Shown here: positions 29,952 to 40,108 of the stretch, piece by piece | How positions within the stretch are numbered: position 1 is the stretch's first letter | Layout: each line of letters starts with the position of its first letter | DNA from: an uncultured virus (IMG/VR IMGVR_UViG_3300032665_001598) | Lineage: Duplodnaviria > Heunggongvirae > Uroviricota > Caudoviricetes | IMG/VR virus record: IMGVR_UViG_3300032665_001598 | DNA: 64,000 nucleotides | Reading direction: 5' to 3' (one strand) | Notes under the pieces: model-generated | Database searches by the model: none | What the model was told of the DNA's origin: nothing | The model's input: the letters and a program-made list of their open reading frames with translations, nothing else | Made by a program: the position numbers and the translations under genes

Positions 29952-30986
29952 ATGTTAAACTCTATTCGCGACGCCGTAACCCAAATATTACCGCATAAAC
30001 GTAAAACTAACTCTAGCTCAGGTTGGATAAGTTTCAACGGCGTTTGCTGTCAACACAACGGTGAATCGGCAGACACACGTGGTCGTGGCGGTCTAGTTAT
30101 GAACGCAGATGGTGGTGTCTCGTACCATTGCTTCAATTGCCAATTTAAGGCCAGCTATGTCCCGGGTCGTCATTTAACATATAAGTTTCGCAAACTATTG
30201 TCATGGTTAGGTGCAGATGATGGCACAGTCCAACGCTTGGTCATTGATGCTATCCGTGTTAAGGACTTGATAGCACCCGAACAACTAGTAGAAGTAATTG
30301 AACAAGAAGAAATAAAGTTTAAAGCAAGGCCTTTGCCGCCAGATGCTAGTAACTTAGAAGAACTTGGTTTAATGTATCGGCTCCAAGACTTTACAAACAT
30401 GCCACTAGAATTCGTGGCTGCTGTGGTATATGTTAACGATAGAAAAATAGATTTAAATAAATATCATTTCTACTGGACACCCGATACGGCACATAACATG
30501 AATAAACGTGTGATTGTTCCATTTACATGGAAAAATCAAATTATTGGTTATACAGCTCGTACCTTTGCAGAAGATGTAAAGCCCAAGTACCACAACAGTC
30601 ACGAAGGTAACTATGTATTCAACACAGACAATCAACATCGAGATAGTAAATTTGTTATTGTAGTCGAAGGCCCGTTTGATGCCATGGCTGTAGATGGTGT
30701 TGCTATCTTAGGCAATGAGTGTAGTGAAATACAAGCAGACATTATCGACAGCTTGGGTCGTGAAGTTATTGTTGTACCTGATGCCGACAAGGCCGGCGCC
30801 AATCTAGTAGACAAGGCATTGGAATACGGGTGGAGTGTTAGTTTTCCGGTATGGCAAGACAAGCACAAAGACGTAGCTAGTGCAGTACAAGAATACGGCA
30901 AGCTATTTGTTATTAAGAGTATTATAGACGCTAGACAATCGAACAGATTAAAAATTGAGCTTAGAAAGAAAAAAGTATATAATTAA
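29952..30986 (+). CDS. DNA primase (zinc finger plus TOPRIM)
   Basis: C..H...CFNC zinc site, YTAR, VVEGPFDA, PDAD.AG. Confidence 0.9.
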   Translation: MLNSIRDAVTQILPHKRKTNSSSGWISFNGVCCQHNGESADTRGRGGLVMNADGGVSYHCFNCQFKASYVPGRHLTYKFRKLLSWLGADDGTVQRLVIDAIRVKDLIAPEQLVEVIEQEEIKFKARPLPPDASNLEELGLMYRLQDFTNMPLEFVAAVVYVNDRKIDLNKYHFYWTPDTAHNMNKRVIVPFTWKNQIIGYTARTFAEDVKPKYHNSHEGNYVFNTDNQHRDSKFVIVVEGPFDAMAVDGVAILGNECSEIQADIIDSLGREVIVVPDADKAGANLVDKALEYGWSVSFPVWQDKHKDVASAVQEYGKLFVIKSIIDARQSNRLKIELRKKKVYN

Positions 30987-30988
30987 AT

Positions 30989-32425
30989 ATGGCTACTGAT
31001 TACACACCCGAACTACAAAAACTATTTTTAGAAATGATGATGCAAGATGCACAAAGTTATGTGCGTGTTGCTAATATCTACAATCCAGAGAACTTCCACG
31101 GCAGCGTTAGAGAAGCGGCCAAGTTTATTCAAAGTCACTCTGCTGAATATAAAACATTACCTACACTTGAACAGATTCGAGCAGTAACAGGTGTAGATCT
31201 CAGACCCATTCCCGAAGCCGGGGACGGGCATCAAGAATGGTTTATGAAGGAGTTTGAAAGTTTTAGTCGTAAAGAAGAACTATCTAGGGCTATTCTTAAG
31301 GCAGCAGACTTGTTGGAAGAAGGCGATTACGATCCTGTAGAAAAACTAATTAAAGATGCAGTACAGATTGGCCTAACAAAAGATCTAGGCACAGATTACT
31401 TTGCAGATCCACATGCACGTATTGACAAGTACTTTAACTCAGGCGGACAAGTATCAACAGGTTGGCCACAGATGGATAAGATCTTGTATGGCGGATTTAG
31501 TCGAGGTGAGCTTAACATCTTTGCCGGCGGATCAGGGTCAGGTAAATCACTTGTTATGATGAACATTGCATTGAGTTGGTTACAAGCAGGGTTAAGTGGT
31601 GTTTACATTAGTTTAGAACTCTCTGAAGAACTAGTGGCTCTGCGTACTGATGCCATGTTAACCAGCACAGGTACTAAAGAAATTCGTAAGGATATTGATA
31701 CTACAGAACTTAAAGTTAAAATGGTAGGTAAGAAGTCGGGAAAGTATCGTATTAAGTCATTACCGGCGCAGAGCAACGTAAACGATATCCGTAGCTTTAT
31801 TAAAGAGTATCAAATACAAACAGGAAACGCAGTTGACTTTATCATGTGCGATTACTTGGACTTGGTAATGCCAGTGAGTGTTAAAGTAAATCCAAATGAT
31901 CAGTTTATCAAAGACAAATATGTAGCAGAAGAATTGCGTAACTTATCGCAAGAACTAGGTGTGTTGTTTGTAACAGCATCACAGTTGAATCGTAGTGCAG
32001 TAGAAGAAATTGAATTTGATCATAGTCATATTGCAGGTGGTATTTCAAAGATTAATACTGCGGATAACGTGTTTGGTATCTTTACAAGTCGTGCTATGAA
32101 AGAACGTGGCAAGTATCAAATACAATGTATGAAGTCACGTAGTTCAACAGGTGTAGGACAAAAGATCGACTTAGAGTACAATATTGAAACCATGCGTATT
32201 ACTGATGCAGGCGAAGAAGGCGGAGACAGTAATAGCGGCGGATATGGTAAACCATCTGCAAGTATTTTAAATTCTATCAAGACATCTACAGTAGTAAATG
32301 ATGGTATGCCTAAGGCAAGAGATGGATTTACTCTCGATAAAGATACAGGACCTCCTCCCGGAAGTAGTGTGGAAAGTAATAAACTTAAACAGATGATTGC
32401 TGGACTGAAAGCTAAATCCGAATGA
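30989..32425 (+). CDS. DnaB-like replicative helicase
   Basis: GGSGSGKS, SLELSE, DYLDL, ASQLNR. Confidence 0.92.
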   Translation: MATDYTPELQKLFLEMMMQDAQSYVRVANIYNPENFHGSVREAAKFIQSHSAEYKTLPTLEQIRAVTGVDLRPIPEAGDGHQEWFMKEFESFSRKEELSRAILKAADLLEEGDYDPVEKLIKDAVQIGLTKDLGTDYFADPHARIDKYFNSGGQVSTGWPQMDKILYGGFSRGELNIFAGGSGSGKSLVMMNIALSWLQAGLSGVYISLELSEELVALRTDAMLTSTGTKEIRKDIDTTELKVKMVGKKSGKYRIKSLPAQSNVNDIRSFIKEYQIQTGNAVDFIMCDYLDLVMPVSVKVNPNDQFIKDKYVAEELRNLSQELGVLFVTASQLNRSAVEEIEFDHSHIAGGISKINTADNVFGIFTSRAMKERGKYQIQCMKSRSSTGVGQKIDLEYNIETMRITDAGEEGGDSNSGGYGKPSASILNSIKTSTVVNDGMPKARDGFTLDKDTGPPPGSSVESNKLKQMIAGLKAKSE

Positions 32426-33480
32426 CGTCTAACAAATTTTGTAAATTTTTAACCAATGGTTGGTCAATTTTCCAAAACCAGCAAGGAATCATTGTAAAAC
32501 CGTGTTGTTGGTATAAGGAAGATATTCTGTTAAACGGTAATAACTCGTTGGATCACTTACATCAAATTGACAATTGGACGCCACAATGTGGAGTATGTAA
32601 GCAACAAGAAGATTCGGGTATTAGTAGTTTTAGACAAGCTAGTTTTGATATAATACCCGATACGATTCCTGGAAAACCTGTAGCTATAGATATAAGTTTG
32701 GACTTTAATTGCAATGCAGCATGTATTACATGCGGACCAGACGTAAGCACATTGTGGCAAAAAGAATTTAAAAAAAGCCAGAGAATCTATTCAATAGTAC
32801 CTAATTCAATTAATACAGTATTAGCCGACCTTGATCTGAGTCATCTTAGACGTATAAAGTTTTTCGGCGGCGAGCCATTATTTACAAATACACATCTACA
32901 AGTGTTAAAGAAAATCCCAGATCCCTCTCAAGTTGAAATTTGGTATACCACCAATGGTAGTATATATCCCACTGCCGAAGTATTTAATACATGGAGTCAG
33001 TTTAAATTGGTATTTTTTGAAGTATCAATTGATGGAATTGGGGAGCAATTTAATTATATACGATGGCCATTAAAATGGGACAAAGTAGAAAATAATCTAC
33101 TAAGATTGGTTAAGGAAGCTCCCGTAAATGTTATGTTCAGGGTTAACCATACATTAAACCTTTTTAATGTTTTTTATTATAATCGATTAACAGACTGGGT
33201 TAAAAATACATTTTCTACTAATAGATTAGGAGATCCCACGGAAATTAATGTTCACCCTTGTTGGGGTATTTGGGATTTGGAAAAGACTCCTCGTTCTCTG
33301 CGGGATTTAATTAATAAAACAGAGCCCGCCGGAATTGTTAATAGGTTATTGCTCAACACCAAATTAAATAGTAATCTGTCGGATATTGATAATTTTATTA
33401 ATACGTGGGAACATCGTCGGCAAAACAGTTGGAAAGAAGTCTTTCCGGACATAGTCGAATATTTTAAAGAATTATGTTAG
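32422..33480 (+). CDS. radical SAM protein
   Basis: CNAACITC, GGEP, TTNG, SIDG. Confidence 0.88.
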   Translation: MTSNKFCKFLTNGWSIFQNQQGIIVKPCCWYKEDILLNGNNSLDHLHQIDNWTPQCGVCKQQEDSGISSFRQASFDIIPDTIPGKPVAIDISLDFNCNAACITCGPDVSTLWQKEFKKSQRIYSIVPNSINTVLADLDLSHLRRIKFFGGEPLFTNTHLQVLKKIPDPSQVEIWYTTNGSIYPTAEVFNTWSQFKLVFFEVSIDGIGEQFNYIRWPLKWDKVENNLLRLVKEAPVNVMFRVNHTLNLFNVFYYNRLTDWVKNTFSTNRLGDPTEINVHPCWGIWDLEKTPRSLRDLINKTEPAGIVNRLLLNTKLNSNLSDIDNFINTWEHRRQNSWKEVFPDIVEYFKELC

Positions 33481-34486
33481 TAAATCGAGGTATGAAATTG
33501 GCACCGGTTAATCCTTTAAGTTGATCTTGTGCATTGATTTCTTTTATTGCTAACATAAAATTTTGATCATCTATTGGTAAGTGGGGTCTAAAAAATTGAT
33601 TTAATTCGGGGTGTTGATCTTTAATAGACTGAGGCAATGAATTAACATTAAAATAACTAGGATGCGAAACTATATTAGTATTAAATGTTAGATTGTTTTG
33701 ATTAAACCACCCAATAGTGTCATGGTAATATAAAATATTTAAATTGCTTATAGTATAACTAACACTCACATAAGTTGCAAATTCTTTAAATAATTTGATG
33801 TTGTTTATTAAAACTGACCATTTTAGCGGATAGCGTAAATATTCAAAAACCGGGCCAATTCCGTCAATGCTAACACAGATACTTAAATTTTTAAATTGGG
33901 AAAGTATATCTATATGTTTTTGAGTAAGCTCAGTACTTCCATTGGTAACAATACTTATAAAACACGAGGTATTGTTTTTATCTAATAGTTGTTGTAAAAT
34001 AATAAGAATGTTTTTATCGTACAGGGGCTCGCCCCCTAATAAACTCAGAGACGTTATTGTGGAAAAATTAATTTTGTTTAAGGAATCGTCACCCATAGTA
34101 ACTAAATTAATTGGTATACTTTTCAATTTTGCCCAGCTGGTGCTAGCGGTTGGTCCGCATGTAATACATGTTGCATTACAAAGATTTGAAGTGTATAGTT
34201 TTATAATTTTTGGACTATATTTGCCTTGACAACAATCTTGGAATATAAAATTAATATCTCGATTTTCATAAAAATCAAAGGTTTCGTTTTTTAATTGTCT
34301 ATCGCTTTTAATGGATTGATCCTCAAGATCCCAACAGGATTTACAGCATTCTGGACGAATATTGTTAAGCATCTGGGATCTTACTTCGTCTATCTTGTGT
34401 GGTTTCATTAAACAGCAAGGTGTAATAAACCCAGATTTATCGTATTCGCCTCCAAAAAACGGCATTACACAAAAATTATTATTCAT
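33464..34486 (-). CDS. radical SAM protein (paralog of the previous ORF)
   Basis: CNATCITC, GGEP, VTNG, SIDG..FEYLRYP. Confidence 0.88.
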   Translation of the reverse strand: MNNNFCVMPFFGGEYDKSGFITPCCLMKPHKIDEVRSQMLNNIRPECCKSCWDLEDQSIKSDRQLKNETFDFYENRDINFIFQDCCQGKYSPKIIKLYTSNLCNATCITCGPTASTSWAKLKSIPINLVTMGDDSLNKINFSTITSLSLLGGEPLYDKNILIILQQLLDKNNTSCFISIVTNGSTELTQKHIDILSQFKNLSICVSIDGIGPVFEYLRYPLKWSVLINNIKLFKEFATYVSVSYTISNLNILYYHDTIGWFNQNNLTFNTNIVSHPSYFNVNSLPQSIKDQHPELNQFFRPHLPIDDQNFMLAIKEINAQDQLKGLTGANFIPRFTNIIL

Positions 34487-34532
34487 ATAGCATATTTACT
34501 GGCGTTGAGAAATATCATTAAATAAATTAACA

Positions 34533-34540
34533 TATAAATA
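34533..34540 (+). promoter_or_regulatory. T4-like late promoter
   Basis: TATAAATA at the head of the late cluster. Confidence 0.65.
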
Positions 34541-34563
34541 CAACATAACAACTGGAGCATACC

Positions 34564-34812
34564 TTGCAAAAGAAGGCCCGTAGCATATTAGACGAACTAG
34601 ACACGTTGCTAGTACACAAAGATCGTGAGAATCTTGTGGAAAGCCGTGCCTCCAACGTAATCGCTGGAGCAATCAATCTAATCAATTATATACGTGAAAA
34701 TTACGATGCCGAGCAAGCAGGAGAGCTGGAACGACGATTAATCAATTCAATCCGTACCCAGGAACCAGAGAAATTTAAACGCGGTGTACGGAGAATGAAA
34801 AGTGAAGATTAA
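34564..34812 (+). CDS. hypothetical protein
   Basis: TTG start after GGAG. Confidence 0.75.
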   Translation: MQKKARSILDELDTLLVHKDRENLVESRASNVIAGAINLINYIRENYDAEQAGELERRLINSIRTQEPEKFKRGVRRMKSED

Positions 34813-35593
34813 CGAAGTTATTAGCGAAGCAATAAACACAGGCACAGGAACCCCCAAGGCGGCGCCAGCACAGGCAGCACCAGCACAGGCGGCGCCAGCA
34901 CCTGAGGATACTCCGGCAAGAGCAAGTCTATGGAACAAAGTAAAAGGTTTTGTTCCTGGCACAGCTGAAAGACAGGCCAAGGTTTCCGGGCAACAAGCCA
35001 CACAGCGAAATCAAGAAGATGCCAAAATTTGGGTCAATAAATGGACACAAGGCGTACAGGCAAATCCAGCATCAAACACTCCGGCTAACCTACAAAAATA
35101 TGCTAGACAACTAGCAACAAGACACGATGGTACACAGTTATTTGCTATTCCAAAACCAACTGATATGTCTCCTAAAGGGGTAAGTCAATTTTTAACTAAC
35201 ATTGTTGCCCGTGTATCAGCTGGTATCGAAAACGGTCCTGCTGTTAAAAAGGCTACAGCTAAAGCGCCGGCACCAGCTCAAGGGTCGAAAGTATTTGGGC
35301 AAATGGCCAACCAACTTGGTCAACAACCCGGGGATGAACAAACGGCAACACCGGCAACAACGGCAACACCACCTGTACCCGATCAGCCACAAGATATTGT
35401 ACAACAAGCACAAGCTGCTGGCGTACAAATTAAGAATCAAGAACCCATTATCATTACAACAGGTAAGGGTAAAGAATATGGGCTTGACGATCGAGGACAA
35501 TGGATTCATTTAGCAAGTGGCAAGGTTCAGCCTGAATCATTACAACAGTTCTTAAGTCAACAGCATGATATTAGTTTAGGTATGCAGAAATAA
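34802..35593 (+). CDS. putative virion internal protein, Ala/Pro/Gln-rich
   Basis: MKINEVISE leader; AAPAQ repeats. Confidence 0.65.
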   Translation: MKINEVISEAINTGTGTPKAAPAQAAPAQAAPAPEDTPARASLWNKVKGFVPGTAERQAKVSGQQATQRNQEDAKIWVNKWTQGVQANPASNTPANLQKYARQLATRHDGTQLFAIPKPTDMSPKGVSQFLTNIVARVSAGIENGPAVKKATAKAPAPAQGSKVFGQMANQLGQQPGDEQTATPATTATPPVPDQPQDIVQQAQAAGVQIKNQEPIIITTGKGKEYGLDDRGQWIHLASGKVQPESLQQFLSQQHDISLGMQK

Positions 35594-36360
35594 TGTACCT
35601 ATACGAAGGTGGAAATGTATTCGATAATACAAGCGATGTGGCAAAAGAAAATGTTGCCGCAGTAGTAGACACAATTAAACGAGATCTACCAAGTGGACTA
35701 CAGCGTCATGTCATGGCAGATATTGGTAGTGCTGGTTATAAAGTAGCAAGTGGAGATATTGATTTGTTTTTAGATCAAGCTGTCACAGTAAAGAACTTTG
35801 GTGTAGCAGATGAGAAGCAGGCTAAACAAGCATTAGCACAATACTTCCAAGCTAAAGGTTATGCAGTAGCAGTAAAAGGTCGCAACGTACACGTTGATGT
35901 TCCTTACAAACTAGCAGATGGTAAGACATTATATGCACAAGTAGATTTAATGATCATACCCGATGCTAAAAGAGTTGCCGACTGGCATCAGCATGGCCCA
36001 CGTGGCATGTACGATGATCCAGCATTCAAAGGCAATCAATTGTTCATTCTATTAAACAGTATTGGTAAATTTTTAGGTCTTAAAGTAGATGCATTTGGTG
36101 GTACAGTAATGCGCCGGGACGACAACTCCGTAGTCGCAGACACCCGTGAAGCAGCCGCAAAAGTACTTTTGAACCCGGGCGCACACGCCGCAGATTTAAA
36201 CTCAGTAGCTTCTGTATTAAAAGCATTAGCCAGTGACCCCGACCGCGAAGGCAAGTTAGCGCAAGCCAAACAAGACCAAGCCAAGGGGTTACTAACCCTT
36301 CCCGAAGACGTAGCACCGGGAACAGCTGCATGGTTTAGAAAGCTAGGCCATCAGATATGA
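35593..36360 (+). CDS. Pol-beta-superfamily nucleotidyltransferase-like protein
   Basis: IGSAG..ASGDIDL and AQVDLM (third Asp). Confidence 0.7.
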   Translation: MYLYEGGNVFDNTSDVAKENVAAVVDTIKRDLPSGLQRHVMADIGSAGYKVASGDIDLFLDQAVTVKNFGVADEKQAKQALAQYFQAKGYAVAVKGRNVHVDVPYKLADGKTLYAQVDLMIIPDAKRVADWHQHGPRGMYDDPAFKGNQLFILLNSIGKFLGLKVDAFGGTVMRRDDNSVVADTREAAAKVLLNPGAHAADLNSVASVLKALASDPDREGKLAQAKQDQAKGLLTLPEDVAPGTAAWFRKLGHQI

Positions 36361-37709
36361 AAATAAGAGATATTATTCTTGAGTGGAACTCAGATTCAAG
36401 TCTACCTGCGTTGATTAATAAAACAGCAGAGGTTGATGGTATTCAAGTAAGTATCAACACTAATAGCAAAAATGCAAGTGTTTATGCATCATCAAACGGA
36501 CGGAGACTAGGATACGCAGAGTTTGATCGAGATGGCAACGTTATGGTGCCTTATGATTTGGCAGTAGACGACAAGTATCGCGGGCAAGGCATAGCTGCAA
36601 TCATGTATGATTATGTAAAAAGCCTAGGTTTTAAAATTGAACGCAGTTCGGAACAAACCGATGCTGGCAAATACTTCTGGGACAAGAATCGCGGCGAAGA
36701 AGGTCGACTATGGGAAGGTGGCTGGGACACAACCTTAACACAAGGTACAGTTCTACACCCTCGGATTGTTGCAGTAGCCCTGCAAGTAGTAGACCGTTTT
36801 GTTGCAGACTTTAATGCGTATTTAAAGCCACACGGATTGGGTCCAGTACGTCGCGGACGTCCCACAGGATCCAGCGCACATCACGAAGCTGATACTCAGG
36901 AAAATCCTGACAAAGTATATGGTGATATTGATTTACAAATGATTGGTCCAGAAACAGCGGGTCAAAGTTACGGACAATTTACAGCATACTGGAACAAGCT
37001 GGCTGATGACTTTGTTAAACAAGGCCATGCTCCTTATGTAGATACAAGCGAAAGTAAAGCAGGACATCCTATCTTTGCCCTGGGTAACAACCAATTTGTA
37101 CAAGTAGATTTTATGTGGCACCCAGAGCGGTTAGAACAATGGGGTGCGAGTCGTGTTACTCCCGAACGCGGAGTTAAAGGCTTATTGCATGGCAATATGT
37201 TTAGCGTACTAGGAGAACTACTTGATCTAAGTATTCAACATGCTGGCGTACAATTAAAAGTACAAGATGGCCAACACGTTCCTTTTAGTAAACAAAAAGA
37301 CACAGAGGTAGTCACAGTTACAACTAGCCCAACAACATTTATCTATGATACATTCATGTATCTGGCCAAGAACCTGGGTATTAAGAATCCCAAGGTTAGT
37401 CCACTATTAAAGCAAAATCCCGGCAATGACGTCAATGATGTTAAGATTAGTAAATTGGTACAGGGTATTAAAGGCTTTGCTGAAAGTTGTGACATGAATG
37501 ATATGTTCGGTCAAGGCGACTTGGCAGGTTTCCTGTCAGGGCAAGACTTCTTAACCAAGTTCCTGCAACGCTACGACGAAAAAGCACAAATAGATATTGC
37601 CGGTAAAAAACGTGATAAAGCTACAACACCAGATGCTATTGCACGTGCTAATAGCGATAGAGAAAAAATACAACAAGGTTTAGATATGGTTAAGGGTTAT
37701 TTTAAATGA
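36357..37709 (+). CDS. GNAT acetyltransferase fused to a Pol-beta-like nucleotidyltransferase
   Basis: VDDKYRGQGIA GNAT motif A; TGSS...YGDIDL...VQVDF. Confidence 0.7.
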   Translation: MKIRDIILEWNSDSSLPALINKTAEVDGIQVSINTNSKNASVYASSNGRRLGYAEFDRDGNVMVPYDLAVDDKYRGQGIAAIMYDYVKSLGFKIERSSEQTDAGKYFWDKNRGEEGRLWEGGWDTTLTQGTVLHPRIVAVALQVVDRFVADFNAYLKPHGLGPVRRGRPTGSSAHHEADTQENPDKVYGDIDLQMIGPETAGQSYGQFTAYWNKLADDFVKQGHAPYVDTSESKAGHPIFALGNNQFVQVDFMWHPERLEQWGASRVTPERGVKGLLHGNMFSVLGELLDLSIQHAGVQLKVQDGQHVPFSKQKDTEVVTVTTSPTTFIYDTFMYLAKNLGIKNPKVSPLLKQNPGNDVNDVKISKLVQGIKGFAESCDMNDMFGQGDLAGFLSGQDFLTKFLQRYDEKAQIDIAGKKRDKATTPDAIARANSDREKIQQGLDMVKGYFK

Positions 37710-38776
37710 AATTAGAATTTATAGATAACCTGTTTGAAGCTGCTGCACCAACACGCATTCCGCACCCAGAAGATAGTATATTTGATGGTAGTGCCAGCGC
37801 GGCCAAGTATGTTCGAGGCCTACAAGAAGTTATTGCCAATCCCGGCTCCGTTAGTATTAAGTGGGATGGCGGCATTGCATTAATATTTGGTTATACACCT
37901 GCTGGCGAATTCTTTATCAATGACAAATATATGCCTGAAGGTTTCTTTGCCAAGAGTGCAAAGGACTGGGAAGTATACGACACTACAATGAAGTCATCAC
38001 GTACAGCACGTCCCGATCTATATCCTAAGATTGCATTGGTGTGGAATGGGTTAAAAGCCGCAGTAACAGAACGAGCGATATTTAAAGGCGATTTAATGTC
38101 AGTCGGCGAACTACAGCCACAGAACGGTATGTTTATATTCAGCCCAACTACAGTGGAATATCATGTTCCGGTTAAATCTGCAATTGGTCAATTGATTGCA
38201 GGTAAAGTTGGCATCTTGGCAGTACACCAAATGAATGGTACTCCATGGGATGGCAAAACTGGCCTAGCCAACAAAGGCAACGTAGCAATACTAAGTCCTA
38301 CTGCTGGTATAAAATTTAAATTAAACACACCTGTGCAGTTAGTTGGAGCTGCTACCAAGGCAGTTACACAGTATGGCAAATTGTCCGATGAGTTTTTAGC
38401 TGGCTTGCAAAGTGTTGCTAAGGCCGCGATACAAAAGTATTTTAACCACAAGATCACAGCACAAACCAATGAAGAAATTGTTCCTTGGCTACAACATAAT
38501 ATATCTGCACAGCAATTTAAGAAATTAGTTGGCGAAAACGAAGATGGCTATCTATATACCAACGCACAAGGGTTTGAAGCATTAAAGGCTATTTGGAACG
38601 CCATTTATGCACTAAAAACTAATTTAGCGGCTCAATTAGAGCCTCAAGTACAGGGTTTTGAACAGTGGACTGGCGGTCATAAAGCAGGAGAGGGCTTTGT
38701 ATTCAATAGCCCCACAGCAGGAATGATCAAGCTGGTCAATCGCGGTGTATTTGGCGCAGCACACTTTAACAAATAG
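37706..38776 (+). CDS. DUF6267-like protein with ligase-type nucleotidyltransferase motifs
   Basis: HPED, SIKWDG (KxDG), KGD, EGFV, IKLVNR. Confidence 0.6.
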   Translation: MKLEFIDNLFEAAAPTRIPHPEDSIFDGSASAAKYVRGLQEVIANPGSVSIKWDGGIALIFGYTPAGEFFINDKYMPEGFFAKSAKDWEVYDTTMKSSRTARPDLYPKIALVWNGLKAAVTERAIFKGDLMSVGELQPQNGMFIFSPTTVEYHVPVKSAIGQLIAGKVGILAVHQMNGTPWDGKTGLANKGNVAILSPTAGIKFKLNTPVQLVGAATKAVTQYGKLSDEFLAGLQSVAKAAIQKYFNHKITAQTNEEIVPWLQHNISAQQFKKLVGENEDGYLYTNAQGFEALKAIWNAIYALKTNLAAQLEPQVQGFEQWTGGHKAGEGFVFNSPTAGMIKLVNRGVFGAAHFNK

Positions 38777-38807
38777 AGTAGCTAAAATAACATTTTTTTT
38801 ATAAAAG

Positions 38808-38815
38808 TATAAATA
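38808..38815 (+). promoter_or_regulatory. T4-like late promoter
   Basis: TATAAATA. Confidence 0.65.
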
Positions 38816-38855
38816 AATGTATGCAGAGATGCACATATATTAAGGAGATTTAAAA

Positions 38856-39257
38856 ATGGCAATCCAAACACGTTATGCAGGTGATGCAAATGGCGTTAAC
38901 AACGTTGACGCAAGTTACACAGGTACACTAGGTTCATTAATCGCTACAGGTTTAACAAAAAACCCAACAGCAATTAAAATTGTTTTAGGCAAGAGTCAAG
39001 TTTTTGCTTCAACAGACTTAGCTACTGGTGGTCCAGTAGAAGCAATTTTACGCGAACTAGCGATTGATTCAACAATCGTTATGTATCAAGTTGATACAGA
39101 TCGTTTAAGCGTTTTAGTTGAATCTACAGGCGGTTCAGATACAACTCATACTACAGCTATTGCTACATTGGCTAACGCTAGTGCAACATTAGGTACAGGT
39201 AACGTATGGGCTAACGCTGTTACTGTTACAAGTACAACAGGTTTCAAATTAGCTTAA
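38856..39257 (+). CDS. putative abundant virion structural protein
   Basis: Own late promoter, TAAGGAG RBS, own terminator, Thr/Ala/Gly-rich. Confidence 0.65.
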   Translation: MAIQTRYAGDANGVNNVDASYTGTLGSLIATGLTKNPTAIKIVLGKSQVFASTDLATGGPVEAILRELAIDSTIVMYQVDTDRLSVLVESTGGSDTTHTTAIATLANASATLGTGNVWANAVTVTSTTGFKLA

Positions 39258-39280
39258 TAGCTTTTTTAAACTAACAAAAG

Positions 39281-39305
39281 AACGCACTTTATAGTGCGTT
39301 TTTTT
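39281..39305 (+). terminator. intrinsic terminator
   Basis: AACGCACT-TTAT-AGTGCGTT plus T run. Confidence 0.8.
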
Positions 39306-39318
39306 ATGGCCACTAAAT

Positions 39319-39753
39319 ATGTTTATGTCCAGCAACTTATATTTCTTCCAGGGGTACAGTCTAATAGATATTACAGCCACTGGTATGACTCGCGGGGACA
39401 ACAACAGTACAGACCGTAACCAACAACGTAATTGGGAAACAGTATTACAATGTATCGGGTTACGAACACAGCCACAGCACATACATGAACCTATAACTGC
39501 CGAACTTGAATTGAGTAATTTAGAGTTTGGCGACTTTTACACTGGACAACAAAAAATTTGGATGTGGCAATGGGCTGTTGAAGTGTCGGGTATATATGAT
39601 ATGTCCGATAAACCCCTGGGCGGGCTGATGCAAGACTTTGAGCAAGTGCCTATTATTACAGGATTAAATGAAACAGCACGTTTTATGCTACCTATCTTTT
39701 ATCCATATGGCACAATCAAAAACATATACTTTAAACAAATCATTCCTAGCTAA
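39319..39753 (+). CDS. hypothetical protein
   Basis: 144-aa ORF; LIDITATG...QQRNWETV. Confidence 0.75.
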   Translation: MFMSSNLYFFQGYSLIDITATGMTRGDNNSTDRNQQRNWETVLQCIGLRTQPQHIHEPITAELELSNLEFGDFYTGQQKIWMWQWAVEVSGIYDMSDKPLGGLMQDFEQVPIITGLNETARFMLPIFYPYGTIKNIYFKQIIPS

Positions 39754-39847
39754 ATAGTATAGATGCTTAGGCACCATTATGGCTCATTATTAAGGCACAA
39801 ACAGGCTCAATTAACAAATGCATCGCTAAATGAAAGCGAATAGGATA

Positions 39848-40108
39848 ATGTCCACAACAACCGATATTGAAAAAAAGAGCCTGGAAGCGCACGTAGAACT
39901 CTGTGCCGAACGATACTCTAACTTGGAATTTAAACTGGAAAATTTAGATAAACGGATGGACAGCTTAGAAGGTCATATTATTGACATCAAAGACAGCCTA
40001 GGTAAAGTAGGCGGTGAAAGCAATAAAACATTAATTACCATTGGTACTGCGGTACTTGTAGCATTAATGACAGGACTTATTGGTGTAGTATTACACCTTT
40101 TAAAATGA
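39848..40108 (+). CDS. XhlA-like coiled-coil protein with C-terminal TM helix (holin-like)
   Basis: HVELCAERY, heptad pattern, hydrophobic C-terminus; AGGA RBS. Confidence 0.55.
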   Translation: MSTTTDIEKKSLEAHVELCAERYSNLEFKLENLDKRMDSLEGHIIDIKDSLGKVGGESNKTLITIGTAVLVALMTGLIGVVLHLLK

